Source: an uncultured Chloroflexia bacterium (GTDB lineage: Bacteria > Chloroflexota > Anaerolineae > CG2-30-64-16). From it: a stretch of DNA of 64,000 bases. The notes under the pieces were generated by a model. The model was not told the origin of the DNA and searched no databases. It worked only from the letters and a program-made list of their open reading frames with translations. The first letter of the stretch is position 1. Every line of letters begins with the position of its first letter. This document shows positions 30,861-40,798 of this stretch, piece by piece. The stretch lies in the NCBI GenBank assembly GCA_963774265.1, contig CAVZDU010000002.1, positions 1 to 64,000 on the forward strand. The letters run 5' to 3'. The translations under genes were made by a program, and so were the position numbers.

Positions 30861-32255
30861 ATGAGAGACAACACAGTAACGACGATTGTAAAGGTGTTTG
30901 TTGGCGGCATGCTGGCACTGATCCTCCTGCTGGCCGCTTTCGGGGTTGGAGTTGGTATCGGAGTCGGCCATGGGCGGGCACAAGTTGCAGCCGCGATCCC
31001 GGCGACAGGTGCTGAGCAATGCGAGCCAGAAACCCTCGCAGCTGTAAACACCCCTCCCCTGCCGAAGAACACCCCTTCACCGACCGAATTGGTGCTGCCA
31101 ACGGCCAATGCTACATCGCCAACGCCAACGGCGCCCCGCGTCATAATGGCCACGCCGACGCTCCAAAACAAAGAGGCGCTGCCCAATGACGCTCCGCTGG
31201 ATGAGGCGCTGCTCAACGAGGCCTGGAAGCTCCTTAAGGAGCAATTTTACGGCAATCTACCTGAAGGCGAAGAGGTAACCCATTCGGCGATTCGCGGAAT
31301 TGTCGACTCGCTGGGTGACAAACACACGGCCTTTCTGGACCCCAAACAAGCCGAAGCCTTCAATATAGATGTTCAGGGGCAGTTTGAGGGCATCGGGGCG
31401 CGCGTCGATGTGGCGACGGCAGGCGGCGTGCAGATCAAGCATCTGTTCGCGGATCAACCGGCGCAGAAGGCCGGCCTCCAGGTGGATGACATCATCATCA
31501 AAGTTGATGGCAGGGACGTCACCGCGATGCAACTCGACGAAGCGGTGGCCCTGATTCGGGGCCCACGCGGCACACAGGTGCAATTGACGGTGAAACGGGG
31601 AGATGGGGCGCCCTTCGATGTCACGATCACGCGTGCGCGCATTGAGATACCTGTCATCACCACCAAGACCCTGGGTGACGGCAAGATCGAGTATATTGCG
31701 CTCAGCGAGTTTAGCAGTGTGGCGCCCCAACGCACTCAGGACGCATTGCAGACGGCAGTCACTCGAAAACCGGAGGGCATCATCCTTGACCTGCGCGACA
31801 ATCCGGGTGGATTACTGGATGCGTCGGTGCGTATCGGCAGCTACTTTGTGCCCGAAGGGAACATTGTCATCGAGCGCTTCGCGGACGGCCGACAGCAAGA
31901 GTACAAGCGGCAGGGCCGCTATCTGCTGAACGACATTCCGCTCGTCGTCTTGGTGAATGGCGGCAGCGCAAGCGCGTCGGAGATCGTGGCAGGCGCCATT
32001 CAAGATGCGGGGGCAGGTGTGCTGATTGGGACGAAAACATACGGAAAGGGCTCAGTACAACTGCCAAACTCGATGAGCGACGGCTCGCAATTGCGGGTGA
32101 CAATCGCTCGCTGGTATACTCCGAAGGATCGCGGTATCGATGAAACCGGCTTGACCCCGGATATCGAGTCGCCCGATCCCACGGCGGAGCAGATTCAAGC
32201 AGACGCCGACCCACAGCTCGATCGGGCTGTGGAATATCTGTTGACGGGCAAATAG
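30861..32255 (+). CDS. S41A C-terminal processing protease (CtpA-like), copy 2, with Pro/Thr linker
   Basis: TM, PT-rich linker, FEGIG + PDZ, DLRDNPGG, SASASE, GKGSVQ. Confidence 0.92.
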   Translation: MRDNTVTTIVKVFVGGMLALILLLAAFGVGVGIGVGHGRAQVAAAIPATGAEQCEPETLAAVNTPPLPKNTPSPTELVLPTANATSPTPTAPRVIMATPTLQNKEALPNDAPLDEALLNEAWKLLKEQFYGNLPEGEEVTHSAIRGIVDSLGDKHTAFLDPKQAEAFNIDVQGQFEGIGARVDVATAGGVQIKHLFADQPAQKAGLQVDDIIIKVDGRDVTAMQLDEAVALIRGPRGTQVQLTVKRGDGAPFDVTITRARIEIPVITTKTLGDGKIEYIALSEFSSVAPQRTQDALQTAVTRKPEGIILDLRDNPGGLLDASVRIGSYFVPEGNIVIERFADGRQQEYKRQGRYLLNDIPLVVLVNGGSASASEIVAGAIQDAGAGVLIGTKTYGKGSVQLPNSMSDGSQLRVTIARWYTPKDRGIDETGLTPDIESPDPTAEQIQADADPQLDRAVEYLLTGK

Positions 32256-32281
32256 CACAAGCATGATGGAGGCCTGGGCCA

Positions 32282-32758
32282 TTGAGCAGGCACAGTGATG
32301 GCGAAGTCAAGCAGATCGCCAGTAACCGCAAGGCATTACATGACTACTTCGTCGAGGACCACCTCGAAGCCGGCATCGCACTGACTGGCACAGAGATCAA
32401 GTCGGTGCGTGCCGCCAGGGTCAACCTGCGCGATGGTTTCGTGCTGATCCGCAACCGCGAGGCATGGTTGATCAACGTCCACATCTCGCCGTACGACTTT
32501 GGCAATCGGGAGAATCACGAGCCGAGGCGAGAACGCAGGCTGCTTCTGCACCGGCAGGAAATCCGCAAACTGCTGAGCAAAGTCTCTGAGCGCGGCTGGA
32601 CCATCGTGCCTCTGCGGATGTATCTGAGCAAGGGGCGTGCCAAGGTCGAAATTGCGCTGGTGCGGGGCAAACGGTTGTACGATCGCAAGGACGCAGTTGC
32701 TGAGCGCGATGCAGATCGCGAACTGCGCCGCGAGCTCAAGGATCAAGATTGGGATTGA
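32282..32758 (+). CDS. smpB: SsrA-binding protein
   Basis: NRKALHDY, EAGIALTGTEIKSVR, LLLHRQEI, GKRLYDRK. Confidence 0.96.
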   Translation: MSRHSDGEVKQIASNRKALHDYFVEDHLEAGIALTGTEIKSVRAARVNLRDGFVLIRNREAWLINVHISPYDFGNRENHEPRRERRLLLHRQEIRKLLSKVSERGWTIVPLRMYLSKGRAKVEIALVRGKRLYDRKDAVAERDADRELRRELKDQDWD

Positions 32759-32761
32759 ATG

Positions 32762-32790
32762 TTGACGGTGGCCGGGAGGTCGGATATAAT
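32762..32790 (+). promoter_or_regulatory. Sigma70-type promoter for ssrA
   Basis: TTGACG (32762-32767), 17 nt, TATAAT (32785-32790). Confidence 0.85.
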
Positions 32791-32801
32791 AACAAACGTA
32801 T

Positions 32802-33211
32802 GGGGATGACTGGTTTCGACGGGGCAGATGGGTCGTAAGCTGCAAGCCGAGGCGCTCTCACCTCGAAAATCAAGAGCAAAACTACAAAAGCCAACACAGG
32901 CAAACTGTTCGCCTTCCCCAAGGTCCAGCAAAGCGCTTTCGCGCTCGCAGCGTAAGGGATACGTGAACAAGCTGGTTGCTTAGCGGTAACCACGGTGCTC
33001 CTGGTGGGTCCAGGCGGCGCCAGGTAGCATCGTCAGAAACCGTAGGGTGCTCCTCGCAGACGCCGATAAGCGAGGCTAAGATCCTCGGCTAGCCGGGCTA
33101 GTGGACGGTGGTCACTGCCGGACGGCCCGGCGAGATAAAAGCAGTGACTAAGCTTGTAGACGCTTGCGGTTGTTTGTTTCGGACCCGGGTTCGACTCCCG
33201 GCATCTCCACC
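32802..33211 (+). ncRNA. ssrA: tmRNA
   Basis: 5' GGGGATGACTGGTTTCGAC; 3' GACCCGGGTTCGACTCCCGGCATCTCCACC; internal tag frame ending ...SAFALAA-TAA at 32955; follows smpB. Confidence 0.96.
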
Positions 33212-33213
33212 TC

Positions 33214-33251
33214 AATCAGGGCGGGTTCACTACGACCCGCCCTGATTCTTT
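33214..33251 (+). terminator. Intrinsic terminator after ssrA
   Basis: AATCAGGGCGGGT / ACCCGCCCTGATT 13-bp stem followed by CTTT. Confidence 0.8.
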
Positions 33252-33340
33252 AAGGCATCCCGTGACAACTTGCCCTTCCCGCGCAGCGCATGCTATGATG
33301 CCGCTTCATCGAAGTTGTGAGCTTATGCAAGGATAGACCA

Positions 33341-34225
33341 GTGACCCCATCACCAGCTTCGCCCAACAGAACTGTCGGCCCCCTGCCCGACTTCAGCCGT
33401 GAGCTCGAAATTGCCATGTGGCTTGCGCGTGAGTCAGGCGCGATCGTCAAGACATTCTACGACGTCCCCCCTACCATCCGCTGGAAGGACCCTACGGAGC
33501 CGGTCACCGAGGCAGACCGCGCAGTGAACGCCTATCTCGTCAAACAATTCGGCCAGATCTTTCCGGAAGATGGGGTGCTCGCAGAGGAATCAAAGGATGA
33601 CTTTCGCCGACTGGAGCGCCGCCGGGTCTGGATCGTTGACCCTTTGGATGGTACGGCAGAATTCATAGCCCACAACGGCGAGTTTGTGATCATGATCGGA
33701 TTAGCAGTGGACGGCGAACCGGTTGTGGGGGTCGTGTACCAACCGATCGACGATGTGATGTATGCTGCTGCACTCGGCCAGGGAGCATTTGTCGAAGAAT
33801 ATGGTGAGCGTCGTTCGCTGCGTGTGACACAAGAAACCGAACTCAAGACACTGCGTCTCGTCGTGAGCCGATCGCACCGTCCCGCAATGGTGGACACCAT
33901 CATCCATCGTATGGGTCTGCAGCGCGAGAAAAGCATCGGCAGTGTTGGGCTGAAAATTGGGCTGATTGCGCGCGGACAGGCAGAGTTTTATGTCCACCCC
34001 AACCCTGGAACCAAGGAGTGGGACACATGCGCACCGGACATCATCGTGCGAGAGGCCGGTGGCAGGATGACCGACTGCTGGAATCGACCGATTCGCTACA
34101 ACCGGCAGAACGTCAAGAACCTATTCGGCGTGTTAGCCAGCAACGGCGCTGTCCATGACGAGGTTGCGGACCTCGTCGGCGAAATTCTTGACGACGCCGG
34201 CCTTGACTCGGAATTTGGCTTCTAG
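33341..34225 (+). CDS. cysQ: 3'(2'),5'-bisphosphate nucleotidase CysQ / inositol monophosphatase family
   Basis: PVTEAD, LAEES, WIVDPLDGTAEF, VSRSH, EWDTCA; start 33317 or 33341. Confidence 0.85.
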   Translation: MTPSPASPNRTVGPLPDFSRELEIAMWLARESGAIVKTFYDVPPTIRWKDPTEPVTEADRAVNAYLVKQFGQIFPEDGVLAEESKDDFRRLERRRVWIVDPLDGTAEFIAHNGEFVIMIGLAVDGEPVVGVVYQPIDDVMYAAALGQGAFVEEYGERRSLRVTQETELKTLRLVVSRSHRPAMVDTIIHRMGLQREKSIGSVGLKIGLIARGQAEFYVHPNPGTKEWDTCAPDIIVREAGGRMTDCWNRPIRYNRQNVKNLFGVLASNGAVHDEVADLVGEILDDAGLDSEFGF

Positions 34226-34227
34226 AG

Positions 34228-35103
34228 ATGTCGCCCGGATGGCTCAAACCCATTCCCCTGGCAGATCGCGCGGCGACCGGCGGTGCAGACCGCATTGCGC
34301 TCATGAGCCGACAGGCGGATCCGATATTCCTGCGCGATGTTGCCGGCTGGGATTCACAGCGACAGCGCATGCTATTCCAGATTCTAATCCCGATTGACCT
34401 GCTGGTCGAGCAGCACATCGACCCAGTGAAACTCATAGATGCGGACGGTCACCCGATCGCATTTGCACGCCCCGGCGCGAATCAGGATGGCTATCGTTTC
34501 GAACTGTATCACACTGGCGATGCAGCAGAGCCGATGGGAGAGTTGGAACTAGCCGATACGCAATTCAATCAGATCGAAGTGGTTTGGGTCACTCTTCAAG
34601 ACCCAACGGGTGTACGTTACGATGTCGACATGTTGCCTGGCGGCGAGTCGACTCTACACGGCACCGCCGGGCGAAACCTGGTGTCTGAGGAGGCAGCTAT
34701 GCTGGCCGGCCTGGCTCCGGGCCAAGTGCGCCGTGGATTGGGCGCATTCCGCTCGCTGACGGAGCGCATCGAGATTCTGATGCTGTGCCTTAATCAGCGG
34801 GAGTACCTGGCTCAACCCCTCTTCTACCACATGGCGATCCTGTTCGAACAACATGGCTTCAGCTATGTTCAGGGTCAATCGCTCATGGAGGAGATCCATC
34901 AGGGTTTTGCTCCGGACGGACGCCTCGCCCAACAACTGGATGGCTCAACCCCCTTCAGACGGCCTGAGCAAGCTGATTCGATTCGGGGGCGGTCCTGGGC
35001 GATCCATGATGGTGTGATGGCTGGCCGTTGGGATCGGGTCCGCATGGTGAAGAGACTCGGCGTGGACGCACACATATCCACGGCACCTGCGGTTAACTGG
35101 TGA
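34228..35103 (+). CDS. Hypothetical protein, possibly a divergent GNAT fold
   Basis: Tightly packed between cysQ and mtnP; PGQVRRGLG and AILFEQHGF resemble GNAT motifs. Confidence 0.55.
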   Translation: MSPGWLKPIPLADRAATGGADRIALMSRQADPIFLRDVAGWDSQRQRMLFQILIPIDLLVEQHIDPVKLIDADGHPIAFARPGANQDGYRFELYHTGDAAEPMGELELADTQFNQIEVVWVTLQDPTGVRYDVDMLPGGESTLHGTAGRNLVSEEAAMLAGLAPGQVRRGLGAFRSLTERIEILMLCLNQREYLAQPLFYHMAILFEQHGFSYVQGQSLMEEIHQGFAPDGRLAQQLDGSTPFRRPEQADSIRGRSWAIHDGVMAGRWDRVRMVKRLGVDAHISTAPAVNW

Positions 35104-35135
35104 TTATGTAGACTTTGCGTTCAAAGGAGCCATTT

Positions 35136-36017
35136 ATGGAGAAGGTACGCATTGGCGTCATTGGCGGTAGTGGCGTCTATGACATGAGCCAACTCGAGAA
35201 CGTTCGAGAAGTACGCCTCGACACACCTTTCGGTGCGCCGTCGGATGGCTACGTCGTAGGGACCATCGAAGGCGAAACGGTCGCCTTCCTGCCCCGGCAT
35301 GGGCGCGGACACCGCATCAGCCCAGGCCGCCTGAACAGCAGGGCGAACATCTACGGATTCAAGATGCTAGGCGTTGAGTACTTGATCTCGATTAGCGCCT
35401 GTGGAAGCCTGCAGCCGGAACACAAGCCCGGCGACATCGTTGTTCCCGATCAGCTTTTCGATCGGACCCGCGGGAGAGCAGCGAGCTTCTTCGACGACCC
35501 ATCTGCAGGCACGGGGGGACTGGTTGTTCACATCTCAGTCGCTGACCCCTTTTGTCCTAACCTGAGTCGCATATGCGCCGATGCTGTGACGGCAACCGGG
35601 CATGAGGTGCACCTTGGCGGCACGTTCGTTACCATTGAGGGACCGCGCTTCAGTACTAAGGCTGAGAGTAAGGTTTATCAGCGGCTCGGCTTCGACATCA
35701 TCGGTATGACAGCAAGTCCGGAGGCATTTCTCGCGCGCGAGGCCGGGATCAGTTATGCTGCCATGGCCCACGTGACCGACTACGATGTGTGGCATGAGAC
35801 CGAAGCGCCTGTTACGGTGGAGATGGTTGTGCGCCAGCTCTTGGAGAACGCTGAGGTGGCAAGGAAATCGGTCGTTAATGCCGTGAAGTTGCTGAAAGAT
35901 GCACCCCCCTCCCCCTATGCAGACGCGCTGCGGGATGCAATCATCACCCACCGCGACGCGATTCCGCCTGATGTTGCCGCTCGACTGGGATTGCTCATCG
36001 AGCGATATCTGAGCTAG
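35136..36017 (+). CDS. mtnP: S-methyl-5'-thioadenosine phosphorylase
   Basis: GVIGGSG, FLPRHG, EGPRFSTKAES, IGMT..PE, VTDYDVW. Confidence 0.92.
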   Translation: MEKVRIGVIGGSGVYDMSQLENVREVRLDTPFGAPSDGYVVGTIEGETVAFLPRHGRGHRISPGRLNSRANIYGFKMLGVEYLISISACGSLQPEHKPGDIVVPDQLFDRTRGRAASFFDDPSAGTGGLVVHISVADPFCPNLSRICADAVTATGHEVHLGGTFVTIEGPRFSTKAESKVYQRLGFDIIGMTASPEAFLAREAGISYAAMAHVTDYDVWHETEAPVTVEMVVRQLLENAEVARKSVVNAVKLLKDAPPSPYADALRDAIITHRDAIPPDVAARLGLLIERYLS

Positions 36018-36053
36018 GTCCGAGCGTTCTGGGCGATATCACTATCAATTTAC

Positions 36054-36096
36054 GAGAGCCGGTCGGCTCAATGCCTATCCGGCTCTCTCGGTTTTG
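36054..36096. terminator. Hairpin between convergent mtnP and DsbA genes
   Basis: GAGAGCCGG / CCGGCTCTC stem, TTTT on the plus side. Confidence 0.55.
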
Positions 36097-36125
36097 AAAT
36101 GCAGCTCGCCCACTATTTGGGCGTC

Positions 36126-36839
36126 CTACTTGGCTGCGGCCAGCGCTGCCTCTACCTCTGCCTTGAACTGCTCATACGGATAGGCCCCTTCGATCTTCTT
36201 GCCATTGATGAAGAACGTAGGAGTCCCGGTGATGCCTTTGCCACGACCTTCTGACTCGTCTGAGGCCACCTTGGCGCTGTGGACGTTACCATCAACGCAA
36301 GGATCGAAGACTGCAGCGTCAAGCCCTAGTTCCGCCCCGTAGCGCTTCAAAAGCGGCTTCGTGAACGGGTTCGCACTGGACCCCTGGCGACCGAATAACG
36401 CGTCGTGATAGTCCCAGAATCTTCCCTGATCCGCAGCACATTCCGAGGCCATAGCCGCATCGCGCGTCGGCTGGCCGCCGATGATCATGTGCTTGTACTC
36501 GAAGCGCACCTTTCCCGATGCTTCGTAATCAGCTCGCAGCTGCTTGCCCTGGTTCAACCCGAAGTCTCGGCAGTGTGAACAGCCAAAGTCGGAGAAGTCG
36601 AGGATCTTCACCGCTGCATTCTCGGGGCCCCAGGCAGCGCCTTCGCCAACCCGACCGGTCGCAGTGAGCGGCGCGTTGGCCGCCCTCGATGCCATCAGGA
36701 TGATGCCTGCGACCACCAGCACCACGGCTGCAATCACACCTAACAAAACCGCCGGAGAAAGAGTGCTCTTCTTGGGGGCCGGCTTCCCTTTGCGCGGGGC
36801 CGCGTACGCGGACTTCGGCTTCTGCGCTTGCTTTGCCAT
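36126..36839 (-). CDS. Membrane-anchored DsbA-family thiol-disulfide oxidoreductase
   Basis: TM, DFSDFGCSHC, QGRFWDYHDALF, GITGTPTFFING. Confidence 0.9.
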   Translation of the reverse strand: MAKQAQKPKSAYAAPRKGKPAPKKSTLSPAVLLGVIAAVVLVVAGIILMASRAANAPLTATGRVGEGAAWGPENAAVKILDFSDFGCSHCRDFGLNQGKQLRADYEASGKVRFEYKHMIIGGQPTRDAAMASECAADQGRFWDYHDALFGRQGSSANPFTKPLLKRYGAELGLDAAVFDPCVDGNVHSAKVASDESEGRGKGITGTPTFFINGKKIEGAYPYEQFKAEVEAALAAAK

Positions 36840-36985
36840 ACTACCTTGCTCCTCTAGAAAGCGAAATCGGGGACACAGGCGTCAAGTATACTATGATTGC
36901 GTTAATTGACAAAGCCTCCCGGTTGAACTATCATGTTCTACGTTCAGCCGCAGATGATGATCTTGTCCCCGAGGAATCATTCCCG

Positions 36986-38456
36986 ATGAGCGCCGCAACG
37001 ATGTCCGGGCTGATTGGATCCCGAGCGGCGCCTCCATCCAGGCGCATAGTAGCGGCCGCGCTATCCCTGCTGATCTTGGCCGGCGTGCTTGCTCTCGCAC
37101 CGCTCCGCTGGGCGGTGGCGGGAGTGCTCGTTGTCGCGCTGAGTAGCGCCATGCTGATTCAACCCGCAATTGGCCTGGTGCTTATTGCGGTCGCGATCCC
37201 ATGGGGAAGCACCCTGGTTCCGCTTCCGCTCCGCGGCATCAGCATTGTTGATCTGCTTGTCGGGGCGGTACTTGTAACGTGGTTGGCACGGCGGAGTGGC
37301 GCGGCGAGAGATCAAGATCAAGGCGCCGGCTCTGATCTGGCCATTACTCATCTTCGTATGGGTCTGCGGCGCAAGCCTAACGCAGGCCCGCTCATGGCAG
37401 GATGGGTTGCCGGAGTGGCTGAAATGGGTCGAATTCACCGCATTGTATCTCGCCGGCCTGCAGGTGCTAAGTAAGCGTTCAGCCTTGGCCTTAGTCGCTG
37501 CACTGCTGGCAGCTGGCGTCAGTCAGGCAGCTCTGGGGGCGTATCAATTCGTGAACCAGGCCGGTCCCGAGGGATTCATCCTGATGGGCCGCTTCATGCG
37601 GGCATACGGCACGCTCAATCAGCCAAATCCGTATGCCGGATACTTGGGATACTTGGCGCCCATTGCAGCCAGCATGGCGCTGATGTCTCTCGGAATATGG
37701 CGAAGCAGGAGGCAGGCCAGGCACCTGGTGATCTGCGTCCTCGGTGTGGGCACCACGATCGCCCTGGTTGCGGGGATCATCATGAGTTGGTCGCGCGGCG
37801 CCTGGCTGGGGCTAGCGGCCAGCTTCCTCGTCGTGGTTGGTCTGGCAAGCAAACGCAACGCTGCCATCGCCATCGTGGCCGTTGCTGTGTTGATCTTCGT
37901 CATTTCCATAGCCGGCATCGGCTGGCTGCCCGACTCAATCGAGGGTCGGATACATGATCTGGGCAGCTATTTTGGCGGCCCAGACCCGACGAACACTGAA
38001 ATCTCCGATGAGAATTTCTCGGTGCTGGAGCGTCTGGCGCATTGGCGCGCGGGCTGGTTGATGTTCGAGGATAGGCCCTGGCTGGGCGTGGGGATCGGCA
38101 ATTATGCAGTCAGCTACAGCCGATACACACTTCCCTATTGGTATGATCCTCTGGGGCACGCCCACAACATCTTCATCAATTTTCTGGCCGAGACAGGAGC
38201 TTTGGGCCTGGCGGCCTTCTTTGGCTTTTGGCTGGCCGTAGTCTGGGCATCGGCTCGCTACGCATGGCATGGCGCCCGGGCTTGGGGTGCCGCGCTGGCT
38301 ATTGGCCTGGTGGGCACGTGGACGTATCTGACGATCCACAGCCTGTTCGATAATCTATTCGTGGGACACCTGCAGTTGCAGCTGGCGCTTCTATTGGCGG
38401 CGCTGCCTGCAACTCAGGACTCACCCAACCCACCCAGCATGTGGCGGGGAAAATGA
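36986..38456 (+). CDS. O-antigen ligase/polymerase-like membrane protein; frameshift near 37290
   Basis: RAYGTLNQPN, SWSRGAW, ERLAHW...PWLGVGIGNY, HAHNIFI; N-terminal TMs in ORF 36833-37474. Confidence 0.85.
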
Positions 38457-38968
38457 ATCCAGACGCATCACTCGGACATATTATGTCATCTGATATCCCG
38501 AAATTCATCTGTGCGCTTCTGCGGCTTCCGCTGATCAATCGTCTCAGTATAGCGCAGAGACCGCGAGAGTTCGTCCGCTTTTTGAAGTTTGCTGCCGTGG
38601 GCGCCTTTGGCATGGTTGTCGACCTATCGGTGCTGACCGCCTCACGTGAGTGGCTGGGGTTGCCCCTGCCTCTGGCCGTGGGCCTTGGATTTACGGTAGC
38701 CGTTATCAGCAATTTCACCTGGAATCGCTTGTGGACTTTTCCGGAGAGCCGCCAGCGCCCAATCGGAAATCAACTATTTCAGTTCGTCGCAGTGAATGTG
38801 ATTGGCCTCGGCATTAACGAGATCGTTGTGCTGGGTCTTCATCCCATCTTCGGGTCGGTGCTGCCGGACCCTCCCGCTTACATTGCGGCAAAGATCATCG
38901 CCATCGGCATCGTCCTGTTCTGGAACTATTTCGTTAACCGGAAATGGACGTATAAGGGCATCGACTGA
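38453..38968 (+). CDS. GtrA-family membrane protein
   Basis: FLKFAAVG, NFTWNRLWTF, WNYFVNRKWTY. Confidence 0.88.
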   Translation: MNPDASLGHIMSSDIPKFICALLRLPLINRLSIAQRPREFVRFLKFAAVGAFGMVVDLSVLTASREWLGLPLPLAVGLGFTVAVISNFTWNRLWTFPESRQRPIGNQLFQFVAVNVIGLGINEIVVLGLHPIFGSVLPDPPAYIAAKIIAIGIVLFWNYFVNRKWTYKGID

Positions 38969-38970
38969 CG

Positions 38971-40095
38971 ATGCACATCACGATCGACTACACTTCCGCA
39001 ATTCGCCAAAAAGCTGGCATCGGCCGTTACACTCGGAATTTGGTGGCGGCGCTGGCCGATACGGATCACGAGAACCAGTACACCCTGTTTTGTGCCGGAG
39101 ATGCGCCTGCGCCCGCGCAGTGGCCAGCCAACTTCAGTGTTCGAGCGACCCGGGTACCCGCTCGCGCCCTGACAATCGGCTGGCACAAACTCAACCTTCC
39201 CATCACTGTCGAACGATTCAGTGGCGATTCGGACATCTTTCATTCACCTGACTTCACGCTGCCTCCACTGAGGACTCCGCGTGGCGTCGTCACCGTCCAC
39301 GATCTCTCCTTTCTCAGACTGCCGCAGTGCGCCGATCCCGGATTGCGAGACTACCTTACCGAAAACGTTCCGCGTGCTGTGAGACGGGCCAGTCGGGTGC
39401 TGGCTGATTCCAATAACACAAAACGAGATGTGGTCGATCTCCTTCACGTACCGGATGACAAGGTGTCCGTGATTCATGCAGGCGTCGAGCCGCGCTTTCG
39501 ACCTGTACGCGACGTCGAACAACTCGCGCGAATCCGTGATCGTTATCGATTGCCGGAGTTTTTCGTCCTCTTTGTGGGCACCATCGAGCCGCGCAAGAAT
39601 CTTGGTCGACTGATCTCCGCCTACAGCGATTTGCGACGTCAGGCTGGCCTGCCACATCAGCTTGTAATCAGCGGCGCCAGGGGCTGGTTATACAACGACA
39701 TATACGAACAGGTGGCACGCGCAGGGCTGACGGAGGACGTATTGTTTCCCGGTTTCATAGATGATAGCGACTTGCCGGCGCTGTATACGCTGGCTGATCT
39801 ATTTGTGTTTCCGTCGTTATACGAAGGCTTCGGTCTGCCGCCCCTCGAGGCGATGGCCTGCGGCACGCCTGTGATTGCCAGCGACAACTCCAGCTTGCCC
39901 GAGGTTCTCGGAGCAGCGGCCTTACTGGTCCCGGCCGAGGACACGGCCGCAATCACGGATGCTATGGCTCGGGTGTTAGGGGACGCCACCTTGCGCACGC
40001 GCCTCGCCGACCTGGGTCGCGCCCAAGCGACGCGCTTCACCTGGCAGAGCGCGGCCCGGCAACTCATATGCGCGTATCAAGAGGTCCTGGACTGA
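38971..40095 (+). CDS. Glycosyltransferase family 4
   Basis: GIGRY, VTVHDL, GTIEPRKN, FPSLYEGFGLPPLEAMACG. Confidence 0.92.
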   Translation: MHITIDYTSAIRQKAGIGRYTRNLVAALADTDHENQYTLFCAGDAPAPAQWPANFSVRATRVPARALTIGWHKLNLPITVERFSGDSDIFHSPDFTLPPLRTPRGVVTVHDLSFLRLPQCADPGLRDYLTENVPRAVRRASRVLADSNNTKRDVVDLLHVPDDKVSVIHAGVEPRFRPVRDVEQLARIRDRYRLPEFFVLFVGTIEPRKNLGRLISAYSDLRRQAGLPHQLVISGARGWLYNDIYEQVARAGLTEDVLFPGFIDDSDLPALYTLADLFVFPSLYEGFGLPPLEAMACGTPVIASDNSSLPEVLGAAALLVPAEDTAAITDAMARVLGDATLRTRLADLGRAQATRFTWQSAARQLICAYQEVLD

Positions 40096-40096
40096 C

Positions 40097-40771
40097 ATGC
40101 GGCCTTTGATTGCTCCGCGCCCAACACCATTGCGACCGCACCTGAGATGGGGTCCTGTGCTTGGCGTGTATCTCATCGCATTGGTGGGGTATTTCGGCGC
40201 GTGGGTCTGGCATAGAGCAGCTGGGCTTGTCGTTACGGGAGTGGACCTGGCAGAATATGTCAAGTTTCTCCCGCCGGTTCGCGCCGGGCAGATCACCATT
40301 TTGCGCGAGTCGTTCTATGCACCTCTGGCTGCGGGCAGCTTGATCGCAGGCCTCGTGGCGAGTCGGCGCGTATTTCCATTGTGGCTGCGCTGGCTGGCCG
40401 GGCTCGGCGTCATCCCCCTTGCCTTGGCCATGCTGCCGCCGGCCTGGAGCCCCGGGGTGTTGGCCCTGCCGGAGTTTCGACTGCAGGTTGTCGTCATGGC
40501 GGCATGCATCGCGTCGCTGCTCCTACTCCTCGTGACACGCTTCCTGCCGGATGGGATCATCCTGATGATTATAGGGCTGTTGGCACTGATCGCAGCTATC
40601 TGGCCGGCATCCAGTTTTCTGCCTCTGCTGCGGCCTATAGAGGTGCTCTATGGCTCGGCCCTTCTCCCAGGATGGGGATTCTGGCTCTCCACCCTTGGCT
40701 TTCTGTTGACCGCATTCCTATCCGTTCTGGGCGCCATTCCCCGGCGCCCGCGGCGACAGGTCCCCGGTTAA
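40097..40771 (+). CDS. Hypothetical membrane protein
   Basis: About six TM segments; DLAEYVKFLP; follows the GT4 gene by 1 nt. Confidence 0.7.
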   Translation: MRPLIAPRPTPLRPHLRWGPVLGVYLIALVGYFGAWVWHRAAGLVVTGVDLAEYVKFLPPVRAGQITILRESFYAPLAAGSLIAGLVASRRVFPLWLRWLAGLGVIPLALAMLPPAWSPGVLALPEFRLQVVVMAACIASLLLLLVTRFLPDGIILMIIGLLALIAAIWPASSFLPLLRPIEVLYGSALLPGWGFWLSTLGFLLTAFLSVLGAIPRRPRRQVPG

Positions 40772-40798
40772 GAGATTCGCTGTCTGGGCGGTGGCTCG

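Noticed and set aside
29455-35116. 13-nt match TTATGTAGACTTT at 29538-29550 and 35104-35116, with ATGTAGACT near 8952
   Set aside because: Not palindromic and centred on TAGACT, a plausible -10 hexamer; promoter similarity or chance is enough to explain it.
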